64,000 nucleotides of DNA from Phormidium sp. (GCA_051013385.1 CP143273.1:224001-288000), one strand, 5' to 3'. Counted from the stretch's first letter, positions 20,601 through 30,934 are shown. Notes: generated by a model not told the origin, from the sequence alone. Program-made: numbers and translations.

Positions 20601-23348
20601 ATGACACTAAACCTCCCCCCCCAATACGACCCCTTCTCCACCGAATCTAAGTGGCAAACATTCTGGTCAGAAAACCAAACCTTTAAAGCTGACCCCAAAA
20701 ACGACGGAAAATCCTACAGCATGGTCATTCCGCCACCCAACGTTACGGGTAGTCTCCACATGGGGCACGCTTTCGGACAAACTCTCATGGATATCCTCGT
20801 CCGTTACCATCGAATGCAAGGTTACAATACTCTTTGGGTTCCCGGAACTGACCACGCCAGCATCGCCGTTCATACCATGCTGGATAAGGAATTTAAAAAA
20901 GAGAAAAAAACCCGTTTTGATTTCGGTCGTCAAGCATTTCTCGAACGCGCTTGGGAATGGAAAAATAATTCCGGCGGTGCAATAGTTAACCAGATGCGCC
21001 GTTTGGGTATCTCGGTTGATTGGTCGCGGGAACGTTTCACAATGGATGAGGGTTTGACGAAGGCGGTTATTGAAGCTTTCGTTCGTCTTTATGATGATGG
21101 TTTGATTTATCGTGGCAATTATTTAGTTAACTGGTGTCCGGTTTCTCAGTCGGCGGTTTCAGATTTGGAAGTGGAAAATAAGGAAGTAAATGGTCATTTG
21201 TGGCATTTCCGTTATCCACTAACTGATAATTCGGGTTATTTGGAAGTCGCAACTACTCGACCAGAAACTATGTTGGGTGATACTGCTGTTGCGGTTAATC
21301 CGTCGGATGAACGCTATCAACATTTGATTGGCAAAACTGTTACTTTGCCAATTATGAATCGGGAAATTCCGATTATTTCTGATGAGTTGGTTGATGCTAC
21401 TTTTGGTACTGGTTGTGTTAAGGTGACTCCGGCACATGACCCGAATGATTTTGAAATGGGTCAGCGTCACAATCTGCCGTTTATTAATATTATGAATAAG
21501 GACGGTTCGCTTAATGAAAATGCGGGGCCGTTCCAAGGTCAAGACCGTTTTAAGGCAAGGGAAAATGTGATTAAACGGTTGGAGGAAGATGGGTTTTTGG
21601 TGAAGATTGAGGAGTATAAGCATAGTGTACCATTTAGCGATCGCGGAAAAGCCCCGATCGAACCTCTCCTCTCAACTCAATGGTTTGTCAAAATTCAATC
21701 TCTCGGAGAAACAACTTTAAAATTCTTAGATGAGCAAAATTCCCCCAATTTTGTTCCCCATCGTTGGACTAAAGTTTATCGTGATTGGTTGGTAAAATTA
21801 AAGGATTGGTGTATCTCTCGTCAATTATGGTGGGGACATCAAATTCCCGCTTGGTATGCTATCAGTGAAACGAATGGCGAAATCACAGATAATACGCCTT
21901 TTGTTGTTGCATATACGGAAGCAGAAGCTTGGGAAAAAGCTAAAGCTAAGTTTGGCGAAAATGTCAAACTAGAACAAGATCCAGATGTTTTAGATACTTG
22001 GTTTTCTTCCGGTTTATGGCCTTTCTCAACTTTAGGTTGGCCTGAAAAAACAGAGGATTTAGAATTTTATTATCCTACAAGTGTTCTAGTTACTGGTTTT
22101 GACATTATCTTTTTCTGGGTTGCCAGAATGACTTTGATGGCAGCTTATTTCACAGGGAAAATGCCTTTCCGTGATGTCTACATTCACGGTTTAGTCTTAG
22201 ACGAAAATGGCGAAAAAATGTCTAAGACTAAGGGAAATGGGATCGACCCTTTGGATTTGATTGATAAGTATGGAACCGATGCAGTACGCTATACTTTGGT
22301 GCGTCAAGTTGCTGGCGCAGGTCAAGATATTCGCTTAGATTACAATCGCAAAAAAGGCGAGTCTTCCGCAGTAGAAGCTTCCCGAAATTTCACCAACAAA
22401 TTGTGGAATGCCTCCCGCTTCGTAATGATGAATTTAGAGGGATTAGAACCCAGTCCCCAGTCCCGTAGGACAGGCATCTTGCCTGTCATCCCCAATCCCC
22501 AGTCCCTCGAATTAGCTGACAGTTGGATTCTCTCCCGATACAATCAAGTGGTGCAGCAAACTACTGAAAGTATCAACAATTACGGTTTAGGTGAAGCAGC
22601 AAAAACCCTTTACGATTTCTTCTGGGGTGAGTTCTGCGACTGGTATATTGAGTTAGTTAAGTCACGTCTGCAAAAAGATGCTGATGCGACTTCTAAAAAG
22701 GTTGCTCAACAAACTCTTGCGTTTGTTTTAGAAGGGACTTTAAAATTAATTCATCCCTTCATGCCTCACATTACTGAGGAAATTTGGCACACTCTCACTC
22801 AAGCTGATGATTCAGCATCTTTGGCGTTACAAGAATTTCCAAAAGCAGATGCAAATCTGATTAATTCTGAGTTGGAAGCAGATTTTGATTTGTTAATTAA
22901 CACGATTCGCACTATTCGCAATTTACGCGCTGATGCTGATATTAAACCATCAACTAAAGTAACAGCGATTTTGCAAAGTGAAAGTGAAAAGGAACGCCAA
23001 ATTCTGACATTAGGTGAGACTTACATTCAAGATTTGGCGAAGGTGGAAAATCTCTCTATTACTCCTAGTTTAAATGAGGAAATTGGACAATCAACTACTG
23101 GGGTTGTTGGTACTATCCAAGTAATTGTTCCTCTAACTGGTGTGGTAGATATTGCAGTTTTACGCAGTAAGTTAGACAAGAAGTTAAGCAAAATTGACAA
23201 GAATATTCAATCACTTTCAGCAAGGTTGAATAATCAAGCTTTTGTGGCAAATGCTTCTCCTGAAGTTGTCCAAGCTGATAAAGATGCTTTGGCGGAAGCG
23301 GAGAAACAAGCGGAAATTTTGCGCGAAAAAATGCAGCAACTTCAGTAA
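20601..23348 (+). CDS. valS: Valine--tRNA ligase
   Basis: [31 protein letters not shown]-terminal coiled coil. Confidence 0.98.
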   Translation: MTLNLPPQYDPFSTESKWQTFWSENQTFKADPKNDGKSYSMVIPPPNVTGSLHMGHAFGQTLMDILVRYHRMQGYNTLWVPGTDHASIAVHTMLDKEFKKEKKTRFDFGRQAFLERAWEWKNNSGGAIVNQMRRLGISVDWSRERFTMDEGLTKAVIEAFVRLYDDGLIYRGNYLVNWCPVSQSAVSDLEVENKEVNGHLWHFRYPLTDNSGYLEVATTRPETMLGDTAVAVNPSDERYQHLIGKTVTLPIMNREIPIISDELVDATFGTGCVKVTPAHDPNDFEMGQRHNLPFINIMNKDGSLNENAGPFQGQDRFKARENVIKRLEEDGFLVKIEEYKHSVPFSDRGKAPIEPLLSTQWFVKIQSLGETTLKFLDEQNSPNFVPHRWTKVYRDWLVKLKDWCISRQLWWGHQIPAWYAISETNGEITDNTPFVVAYTEAEAWEKAKAKFGENVKLEQDPDVLDTWFSSGLWPFSTLGWPEKTEDLEFYYPTSVLVTGFDIIFFWVARMTLMAAYFTGKMPFRDVYIHGLVLDENGEKMSKTKGNGIDPLDLIDKYGTDAVRYTLVRQVAGAGQDIRLDYNRKKGESSAVEASRNFTNKLWNASRFVMMNLEGLEPSPQSRRTGILPVIPNPQSLELADSWILSRYNQVVQQTTESINNYGLGEAAKTLYDFFWGEFCDWYIELVKSRLQKDADATSKKVAQQTLAFVLEGTLKLIHPFMPHITEEIWHTLTQADDSASLALQEFPKADANLINSELEADFDLLINTIRTIRNLRADADIKPSTKVTAILQSESEKERQILTLGETYIQDLAKVENLSITPSLNEEIGQSTTGVVGTIQVIVPLTGVVDIAVLRSKLDKKLSKIDKNIQSLSARLNNQAFVANASPEVVQADKDALAEAEKQAEILREKMQQLQ

Positions 23349-23351
23349 GTC

Positions 23352-23528
23352 CATCTGTGTTAATCTGTGGTAAAAAAAGGAGATTTAGTAATTTTAAACG
23401 CAGATGAATGCAGATGAACGCAGATGAACGCAGATGAACGCAGAATTCTTTGGTGGGGTGTATTAATCTTAGACCTCTCTTTAATTCTCAACTCCTCTTC
23501 TCTCTGTGTTCTCTGCGTCTCTGCGGTT
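23352..23528. repeat. Cluster of CGCAGA/CACAGA 9-10-nt-period repeats
   Basis: (AACGCAGATG)-type x5 at 23396-23444; reverse-oriented copies at 23352-23371 and 23499-23528. Confidence 0.85.
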
Positions 23529-23566
23529 TAAAAAATAATTAACAGCAAAGATTCCAAGGATTATTT

Positions 23567-23995
23567 ATGGAAGAATTGCTCACTCTCAAATCTTTACTAT
23601 TGCAAGGCGATATTTCGGGAGCTTTGGAAATAGTTCAAGATTTGGAAGAAATGGGTCGAAAAGGCATAATTAATAATATTCGCAGCTATGCTGTAATTTT
23701 GTTGTTGCATCTAATTAAACAGCAAGCTGAAAATCGCACTACTCGCTCTTGGGATGTGTCAATTCGCAATTCTGTGCGGGAAATTCAAGAACTGAATAAA
23801 CGACAAAAAGCAGGAGGTTACTATCTTTCGGAAGCAGAACTAAAGGAAGTTTTGGAAGTTGCTTATCCCATTGCTATTGACAGAGCTTCCTTAGAAGTAG
23901 CTGAGGGAATTTACGAAACAGCACAATTGGAAAATCTGGTGAATAAAGAAGAAATTTTGCTGCGTGCTTTAACTTCAATTTCACCAGTTTCCTGA
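23567..23995 (+). CDS. DUF29 family protein
   Basis: LEEMGRK, ILLLHLIK, RSWDVSIRNS. Confidence 0.85.
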   Translation: MEELLTLKSLLLQGDISGALEIVQDLEEMGRKGIINNIRSYAVILLLHLIKQQAENRTTRSWDVSIRNSVREIQELNKRQKAGGYYLSEAELKEVLEVAYPIAIDRASLEVAEGIYETAQLENLVNKEEILLRALTSISPVS

Positions 23996-23999
23996 AAGT

Positions 24000-25709
24000 T
24001 TATTTGCGTTTTGCTGCTGCTTTTTTGGCTGCTTCTTTAGCTGCTTTTTCCGCTTTTTTAGCCGTTTTTTCTGCTTCGATCGCTGCTAATTTCGATTGTT
24101 CTTTTTCTTCAGCAATTTTATCTAAGTAATAGTGATAATCTCCTAGATAAACGCGGAATTCTCCATCGCGAATTTCGACGATTTTGTTGGCGACTTGGGA
24201 GATGAAATAGCGATCGTGCGAAACTATAATAGCGGTTCCATCATAGTTTTGCAATGATTCTTCCAACATTTCTTTAGCTGGAATATCTAAATGGTTTGTC
24301 GGTTCATCTAATATTAGTAAGTTAGCTGGACGTAACAACATTTTTGCTAAAGCAAGTCGCGCTTTTTCGCCTCCACTTAATGCACCAACTTGTTTATATA
24401 CTGTGTCACCACTGAACAAGAAACGACCTAACAAAGTGCGAACTTCTTCATTTTTCCAGTCCGGTACTTCATCATGAATTGTATCCATGACGGTTTTTGT
24501 TAAGTCTAATGCTTCGGCTTGGTTTTGTTCAAAGTATCCGGGAATTACGTTGTGTGCGCCTAGTTTTACTGTTCCTTCGGTGGGTGTTTCTAAACCTGTA
24601 ATTAAACGCAATAGTGTAGATTTACCAGCACCATTTGGGCCTAAAAATGCTATGCGATCGCCTCTTTCAATTAACAATTCTGCTCCTAAAAACAGAATCT
24701 TCTCATCATAAGTATGCACCAAATCTTTAATGATTACTACTTCTCGACCGCTCCGAGGTGCAGGGGGAAAACGAAAATGCAATGTTCTCAAAGAACCTGT
24801 GGGTGCTTCGATTTTTTCAATTTTTTCTAATTGTTTTTCTCGGCTTTTTGCTTGGGTGCTGCGAGTTGCACTGGCGCGGAAGCGATCGACAAATGCTTGT
24901 TGTTTCTCTAATTCCTTTTGCTGACGTTCGTAAGCTGATAATTGCGCTTCTTGGTTTTCGGCTTTTTGCAGCAAGTAGTTGGAATAGTTCCCTAAATAAG
25001 TAGTAGAAACTCCCCGTTCAGTTTCCACAATTTGCGTACACAAACGGTCTAAAAACTCCCGGTCATGTGATACAATTACCATCGGAGTTGTTAAACTTTT
25101 GAGGTAATTTTCCAACCATTCGATTGTTTCTAAATCTAAGTGGTTTGTCGGTTCGTCTAACAGTAAAACATCGGGTTTTTGCAGGAGGATTTTTCCTAAA
25201 CTCATCCGCATTTGCCAACCGCCACTAAAAGCACTGACTAAGCGATCGCCATCCCCCTGTTCAAAACCTAATTCCGGCAAAATCTTATCAATTTGCGCGT
25301 CCAAAACATAACCATTTAAAGCTTCAAATTTTCTTTGAAACTTATCCATTTCGTGAATAAGTTTATCTAACTCTTCTGGGTTAGCTGTTTCCATTTGACG
25401 ATGCACTTCTGACAACGCTTCATGCACATCATTTGCTTCCCCAAAAGCACGCCAAAATTCTTCTTTAACTGTGCGGCTAGGGTCTACTTCAAATTCTTGG
25501 GTGAGATATCCTATATGTAAACTTGCAGGACGAATGATTTCGCCAGATGTCGGTTCAATTTCTCCAGTGATAATTTTGAGTTGGGTAGATTTACCCGCAC
25601 CATTGACACCAACTAAACCGATTCTATCCCCTGGTTTTACTTCCCAGTTGACATCTTTCAAAACTTCGCCTGTGGGGTAAATTTTACTAATATGTTCGAG
25701 TCGCAGCAT
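24000..25709 (-). CDS. ABC-F family ATP-binding protein
   Basis: Two NBDs (GVNGAGKST, GPNGAGKST; SGG; DEPTNHLD) and no TM segment. Confidence 0.95.
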   Translation of the reverse strand: MLRLEHISKIYPTGEVLKDVNWEVKPGDRIGLVGVNGAGKSTQLKIITGEIEPTSGEIIRPASLHIGYLTQEFEVDPSRTVKEEFWRAFGEANDVHEALSEVHRQMETANPEELDKLIHEMDKFQRKFEALNGYVLDAQIDKILPELGFEQGDGDRLVSAFSGGWQMRMSLGKILLQKPDVLLLDEPTNHLDLETIEWLENYLKSLTTPMVIVSHDREFLDRLCTQIVETERGVSTTYLGNYSNYLLQKAENQEAQLSAYERQQKELEKQQAFVDRFRASATRSTQAKSREKQLEKIEKIEAPTGSLRTLHFRFPPAPRSGREVVIIKDLVHTYDEKILFLGAELLIERGDRIAFLGPNGAGKSTLLRLITGLETPTEGTVKLGAHNVIPGYFEQNQAEALDLTKTVMDTIHDEVPDWKNEEVRTLLGRFLFSGDTVYKQVGALSGGEKARLALAKMLLRPANLLILDEPTNHLDIPAKEMLEESLQNYDGTAIIVSHDRYFISQVANKIVEIRDGEFRVYLGDYHYYLDKIAEEKEQSKLAAIEAEKTAKKAEKAAKEAAKKAAAKRK

Positions 25710-25821
25710 TCAGAAGTCTCCAGGGAGTTAAAACAAGGGGTTTTTCGCCGCTCGATCGGTGAGGCGATAAAACAGACCGAAACAATCTTAACAAAATTTA
25801 ATGGCGATTGACGGGGAAAGT

Positions 25822-25852
25822 GCGTTGGCGTAGCCTGCCGTAGGCGTATCGC
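25822..25852. repeat. SDR5-like element inserted in a HIP1 site
   Basis: GCG + TTGGCGTAGCCTGCCGTAGGCGT + ATCGC. Confidence 0.7.
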
Positions 25853-25865
25853 TTCCCCTTTAGTT

Positions 25866-26081
25866 TTAATCAGAACATTCGGGTTGCGCCGCCTTCCTGA
25901 CTTCTTCAATCTCCAACTCCAACGCCTGTGCTATTTGTTCCACAGTTAACCCCAATGCTAACAACCGGGGTACTGTTGCTATTTTGGTTGCTATTTCACC
26001 TTCTTGGCGGCCTTCTTGAAGACCTTCCCGAAAAGCATCTTGATAGACTCTAGTTTGCTTTAATTCACTTAAACTAAACAT
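25866..26081 (-). CDS. Stand-alone Rpn C-terminal (RpnS-like) protein
   Basis: Paralog of the upstream gene's tail (MFSLSELKQTRVYQDAF); own GGAGG RBS. Confidence 0.7.
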   Translation of the reverse strand: MFSLSELKQTRVYQDAFREGLQEGRQEGEIATKIATVPRLLALGLTVEQIAQALELEIEEVRKAAQPECSD

Positions 26082-26108
26082 TGCTTTTATTTCCTCCCAG
26101 TTTTGGTA

Positions 26109-26945
26109 TTACTTAGAAGACTCTTGTTCTACCACCTTCCTGACTTCTTCAACATCTAAACTCAAGGCTTCTGCTATTTGCTCGACACTGGCTCCTAATG
26201 CTAACATTGGGCGAACTGCTGCTAATTTCCCTGCTATTTCACCCTCTTGGCGACCCTCTTGGCGACCCTCTTGGCGACCTTCTTGGCGACCTTCTTGAAA
26301 AGCGTCTTGATAGACTCTGGTTTGCTTTAATTCACTTAATCCAAACATTGCTTCTATCTCCTGTTGACTCTTGTTTGGTAACTTGTAGACTAAGATAGTC
26401 TCTATCAATTGTAATACTTGTGTCTGAGTTAGTTCATCAGCTATTTCTGACCTGACTTTATTTATCAGATTTCTTGCTTGTTCAACGGCGTTTTCTTCTG
26501 GGGAAATGACTAATTTGATAGTTCCTACACCAATAGATCGATCTGCAAGTTCTCCCAGTTGATTTAAATAGATACGTCTGACTCGTTGACTGGTGAAAAA
26601 CTCACGGTAATGTTTGATATCTCCAGTATCTAAACTTTGGTTAGGATATAAAACTACTGCAAACCAGTCATTTTGAGGTTTATTTTGACGCAAATATAAA
26701 CAGATTTCGGCAAACAAGCGTGAGTAAAATTCTGAATCGGGTTGAAACTGAACTTCGAGAAAGTAAATAGGGTTTTCTTCCCCTGATGCGGGGAGAAATA
26801 CGCCGTCAATGCGAAAGGCGGTTTGTTTAATTTCGACGGATGAGAATTGATAGTTGTTTGCTTCTTCTGGAGGACGGTTGATTAGTTCAAAGAAGATGCT
26901 GGGGAAGGTTTGAAATAGGCGGTAGAAGAGGGAGTCGGTTTTCAC
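26109..26945 (-). CDS. Rpn family nuclease / DUF2887 protein
   Basis: MKTDSLFYRLF, FRIDGVF, FLEVQFQ; (QEGR)n repeats. Confidence 0.9.
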   Translation of the reverse strand: MKTDSLFYRLFQTFPSIFFELINRPPEEANNYQFSSVEIKQTAFRIDGVFLPASGEENPIYFLEVQFQPDSEFYSRLFAEICLYLRQNKPQNDWFAVVLYPNQSLDTGDIKHYREFFTSQRVRRIYLNQLGELADRSIGVGTIKLVISPEENAVEQARNLINKVRSEIADELTQTQVLQLIETILVYKLPNKSQQEIEAMFGLSELKQTRVYQDAFQEGRQEGRQEGRQEGRQEGEIAGKLAAVRPMLALGASVEQIAEALSLDVEEVRKVVEQESSK

Positions 26946-27017
26946 TGATTGGGAGATTTGGGGGTTTGTTTAATTTTAGTGGATTATATCTTTTACGCAA
27001 ATGATTGATACAAATGG

Positions 27018-27083
27018 GTAGGGGCGGGTTTAGCTAAAAACCTGGAATACCCAGCCATAAAATTGCAATCAAAACCCGCCCAT
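27018..27083. repeat. GTAG-type REP-like element
   Basis: GTAGGGGCGGGTTT...AAACCCGCCC; related copies at 30969-31032 and 36109-36173. Confidence 0.8.
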
Positions 27084-27149
27084 CCCAAGCATCTGTAGTA
27101 AACATTTAGGTAATTGATATTAGGTGTGGCTTACTTCTTTTGCTAGCCG

Positions 27150-27311
27150 GAAGTTAAGGACGTTATCCCGAAGTTAAGGAACTTAAGCTAAGAAGTTAAT
27201 TCTGCTATAATAGATTTGCTGGTGTCTGGAATGCTTGCTGGTGCTGAATTTGCCAAATTGACTTTACTACAGCTTATCTTCTTGCTTAACTTCGGAATCT
27301 CCTCTGGTTAA
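27150..27311 (+). promoter_or_regulatory. Putative operator/promoter with repeated GAAGTTAAG boxes
   Basis: GAAGTTAAGGA at 27150 and 27170, partial box at 27192, inverted box at 27285, then GAATCTCCTCTGGTT. Confidence 0.5.
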
Positions 27312-27371
27312 GGTTAGTTTGATGGTGCAAATTAGATTCTGTTACCCCAAAAGTTTGGAGGGAGGTAATCA

Positions 27372-27608
27372 GTGGTAAGTTTATTTGTGCGGGAAAAAGT
27401 TGAGATGTTTTCAGAAGTGTTTATTGGAACGGTGGAAAAGACTATTACTCAAAATCAGCCAGGAAGAGTTAAATGTTTGGGTAGTTATTGGCCTGCTCGA
27501 TTTTATCATTCTAATTGTGATGTTATTGTTTTTCCTGATGATTTTGTGCAGGTTGTTGGTAGACAGGGAATTACTATGCTTGTGGTTTCGGGAAGTTTGG
27601 GAAATTAA
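27372..27608 (+). CDS. NfeD-like C-terminal OB-fold protein
   Basis: GTVEKTI...PGRVK...YWPAR...VQVVGRQGITMLV; strong RBS. Confidence 0.85.
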   Translation: MVSLFVREKVEMFSEVFIGTVEKTITQNQPGRVKCLGSYWPARFYHSNCDVIVFPDDFVQVVGRQGITMLVVSGSLGN

Positions 27609-27628
27609 TCATAATGGTTTGATTTTTC

Positions 27629-27753
27629 AGCCCGCCCGGAAATCAATTTCCGGGCTAATAGCTAAAGTCCACTGAAGTGGACTGAAGAAAAATATTTCAG
27701 TCCGTTTGAACGGACTTTCGCTATTAGCCTGCGATTTGAATCGCAGGTGGGCT
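27629..27753. repeat. Multi-hairpin REP-like element
   Basis: AGCCCGCC...GGTGGGCT enclosing internal hairpins; half copy at 31057-31111. Confidence 0.75.
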
Positions 27754-27798
27754 GTAAGCGTAGCCATTAAATCTGTTTCCAGTTAACCTTTCTAGGGT

Positions 27799-27996
27799 TC
27801 ATTTTGCAATAAAATATTCAACAGATCGAGGGTTATCCATTTGTTTAGAAGCATCTAATATTTCTAATCCTACGATATTTCCTTCTTTGTCATAATCAAC
27901 AATAAATCCAGGTTTTTCTTCGTCGCTTTCTTCTATTTGTGAATTGTTAAAGATGATTCTCATAACATCTACATTTGGATGGTAGATAATTTTCAT
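27799..27996 (-). CDS. DUF2283 protein (putative antitoxin)
   Basis: MKIIYHPNVD...IVDYDKEGNIVGLEILDAS. Confidence 0.88.
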   Translation of the reverse strand: MKIIYHPNVDVMRIIFNNSQIEESDEEKPGFIVDYDKEGNIVGLEILDASKQMDNPRSVEYFIAK

Positions 27997-28026
27997 GGCT
28001 GTCTCCAATATTTATCGATTCAGCAG

Positions 28027-30405
28027 TTAATGATTTTTCCCATTTTCCATCGCCTGTCGCACTTTTTCAACTTGCTTAGGTGCTTCCATTTCGGTGAAGA
28101 GTTGAATTGCTTGCTGAAAATTTGGCTGACTTTTTTCGGTGTCTCCCATTTTTTGATAGGTTAAGGCAAGTTGATAGTAAGCTTCGGCTAAGTCGCATTT
28201 AGCACCTATTTTTTCTAGGAGTTCTATTGATTCTGTATGATGGGAAAGTGCTGTTGTAAAATCTCCTTGTTCTCGATAAAGTTCTGCTAGACTATAGAGA
28301 GCTTTAGCTTCAACTATAATAAAAGAACTATTCTTTGCATAATCAATAGCTGTTTTATACATAAGTTTAGCTTTTTCATTTTTTTGGAGATTTTTATATG
28401 TTAGTCCTAAAAAAACCAAGCTATTTCCTGCGCTCCAAGCTCCCCATTGTGGGGTAATAACTTCGTTATAAATAGGTAAGACTAAATAAGATGCTTCTTG
28501 CTTTAAACCTATCTCTGAGTACAAAAAAGCTAAACAACATGAAGCTTGGATTGCAAGACGCGGATAACCAATTTCTCCAGCATTCAACCTAATTTCTTCT
28601 AATATTTTTATTGCGGTGTTTGTTTCTCCTAAATAAATATAACAACAACCAATATTAAAGATAGAGTATTGTTTAACAGTTTCTAACATATTTTCATAAT
28701 TATCTTCGTTATTATAATTTATAATTTTCTCAGCAATTACCCAAGGTTCTTGATGGGATTTAATGGATTTTTCAGCAATTACCCAAGCTTCTTGATGGGA
28801 TTTAATGGATTTTACGATATCACCTATTAACCAATATAAGTTACCTAGTGTATTATAAAGCCTGCTGAGAGTATAACCAGGTTTTAAATGATCTATAATA
28901 AAATTAATTGCTTTAAGCGTTGATTGTAGAATGCCTAATTTATAAAGACTTCTCCCAAAATTTTCACCTGTTTTCCATTCCGACCACTTATTTTTTCTTT
29001 CTTTTATCAGTACATCAGCAGCCATGTCAAAATCATTAATTTCAACATAGTGATAATATGCCTCAAAAGCTTTCAGCGCATCCTCGATAGTTTCAATCGT
29101 CTCAACACTCTCAGTCCAAAACTCAGCCGCTTTCCGATTAGCTGTCTCCCAATCTTCACTTTCCCTAAACCTTTTTATCGTTTCTGCCCGAATCACTGGA
29201 TGTAGCCAGTATTCACCATTGTCAAATTCTACTAAAGACTTATCTTTCAACGATTTAATTACCCGCCGATGTTGATTATTTGGCACATCCCAAAGCAAAC
29301 AAAACAAACCATTTTCAGGAACTCTTGGAACATCTTGATATCGATAACATCCCAAACGGCAGAGAAGTTTATAAGCAGATGAATCGAGTTGTTGCAAGCG
29401 ATCGAACTGACTAACAACCAACCCTTCTAATTCTCTCTCAATTAACAAATCATCTTTATTTGCTTGCCAATAAGCCGCTAAACTATTGTTATACTCCTTA
29501 ATCGCACCAGGGAAAATTTGCATAGCTTTGGCATTTCCCCCGTAAGCTTGGTGCATTGCATTCAGCACTTCTGTATCTATCTGAATATTGCGGCTGTTAA
29601 AAAACTTTTCCCATGCAGCGATATCTAAACCTTCCAAGCGATAATTCTCAACTGTTACCGCTGCTTCGCGTAAGCATTCGCGGCTGGTAATTAGGGTAAC
29701 AGATTGCACTGCTGGATCTGCTAAAGCAGTGAATAATTCCACATATTTTCGATGCGCTTCAATACACCTGCCTTTTTCATCTAGTGCTGGTTCCAAATTA
29801 TCAATTAATATGCCTATTCTTTGGTTGGGATTTCGCAACTTCTGCCTCAATCTATCCAGGGTAACGCCAAATTCTCGCCCTGGTTCTTCATCAAAATATC
29901 GCCGCAACCATTCCTCAATTACACTTTCAGCTGAGGTAATATTTTGAGTTTCTTTTGCCATCCGCAGATCGAGTATTTTATCGAATCCCTGCGTGTGGAG
30001 AAATTGCCACGCCAGCGTTGTTTTGCCGATACCGCCTTTTCCGTGAATGACGATCGCCTTTGCACCTTGTTGGATTAGGTTTTTCAGATCTGCGATCGCA
30101 CCCTCCCGCCCCACAAAATTCGGATCTAGCTTGGGTGGCAATACCTTCACAGTCACAGTCAGGTCGTTTTCCTCTAACTGTAGCCCCAATGCTGTGAACA
30201 AAGCCTCGATCGAGGGTCGATCAACCTTTTCTTTCCGTCGCCGTATCTTTGAAACAGTGTCGGGATGTAACTTGGATAGTTCGGCTAAACGTTCATTAGA
30301 ACATTTACCGTCAAACTTTTCCTCTAGCGCATTTTGGAATTTATTCCAGCCATTCTCGCTGAGGACACGACTCCCCCGATCCCGTTCTGTTTTCTGTTGA
30401 TTCAT
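28027..30405 (-). CDS. HTH-NB-ARC-TPR (STAND) protein
   Basis: N-terminal XRE-like HTH, FVGRE, Walker A GKGGIGKTT, ILIDNLE, LITSRE, LHPVI, TPR tail. Confidence 0.9.
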   Translation of the reverse strand: MNQQKTERDRGSRVLSENGWNKFQNALEEKFDGKCSNERLAELSKLHPDTVSKIRRRKEKVDRPSIEALFTALGLQLEENDLTVTVKVLPPKLDPNFVGREGAIADLKNLIQQGAKAIVIHGKGGIGKTTLAWQFLHTQGFDKILDLRMAKETQNITSAESVIEEWLRRYFDEEPGREFGVTLDRLRQKLRNPNQRIGILIDNLEPALDEKGRCIEAHRKYVELFTALADPAVQSVTLITSRECLREAAVTVENYRLEGLDIAAWEKFFNSRNIQIDTEVLNAMHQAYGGNAKAMQIFPGAIKEYNNSLAAYWQANKDDLLIERELEGLVVSQFDRLQQLDSSAYKLLCRLGCYRYQDVPRVPENGLFCLLWDVPNNQHRRVIKSLKDKSLVEFDNGEYWLHPVIRAETIKRFRESEDWETANRKAAEFWTESVETIETIEDALKAFEAYYHYVEINDFDMAADVLIKERKNKWSEWKTGENFGRSLYKLGILQSTLKAINFIIDHLKPGYTLSRLYNTLGNLYWLIGDIVKSIKSHQEAWVIAEKSIKSHQEPWVIAEKIINYNNEDNYENMLETVKQYSIFNIGCCYIYLGETNTAIKILEEIRLNAGEIGYPRLAIQASCCLAFLYSEIGLKQEASYLVLPIYNEVITPQWGAWSAGNSLVFLGLTYKNLQKNEKAKLMYKTAIDYAKNSSFIIVEAKALYSLAELYREQGDFTTALSHHTESIELLEKIGAKCDLAEAYYQLALTYQKMGDTEKSQPNFQQAIQLFTEMEAPKQVEKVRQAMENGKNH

Positions 30406-30442
30406 CGCCTATCCGCCTAAAACCCTGGTTGCCAAAGTTACA

Positions 30443-30606
30443 CCGATCTTAAGGGAGATAATAGCGCGTTTGCCGATCTTAAGGCAGGGAAGCAACGTGA
30501 AAAGCTATCGTTTCCGCAAGCTGGGAAGTGCTTAGGCGCGAGTTTCCCAGAATTTTAGCGAAAACAACTAAAGTTCCTGCCTATCTCCTGAATCTCCTCT
30601 GGTTGA
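30443..30606 (+). promoter_or_regulatory. Divergent promoter region with CCGATCTTAAGG direct repeats
   Basis: 12-bp repeats at 30443 and 30473; GAATCTCCTCTGGTT at 30590. Confidence 0.5.
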
Positions 30607-30661
30607 GATTGTTGGAAAGTTAGAAACTGGATTCAGTTAATGAATTAGGAGTCCTACCCCA

Positions 30662-30934
30662 ATGGAAGACAAACTTTTTCAAAAATTCGTAACTGCCCTG
30701 GGTGTTACTGCCAGTATAATCACCATTTGGCATGATTCCCACGCTTTAGCAGTTGCGTCGGGTGTGGCGATAACATTATTACCTATTTCAGTGAAAAAAC
30801 AAAACAATAAACATCTGCTAAAAGTCCAAATTTCCGATTATATTCATCTGCGTTTATCTGCGTTTATCTGCTTTCATCTGCGGTTAAAAATTAGGAAGGG
30901 GAATTTTTTCCAGAAGTCTAATAAAGATGAATAA
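30662..30934 (+). CDS. Small membrane protein with an in-frame repeat insertion
   Basis: AGGAG RBS; two short hydrophobic segments; 114-bp insert near the C-terminus. Confidence 0.55.
   Translation: MEDKLFQKFVTALGVTASIITIWHDSHALAVASGVAITLLPISVKKQNNKHLLKVQISDYIHLRLSAFICFHLRLKIRKGNFFQKSNKDE

Noticed and set aside
23396..23444. 10-mer arrays and other repeats as a CRISPR array
   Set aside because: Contiguous tandem units with no unique spacers, and no cas genes in the window
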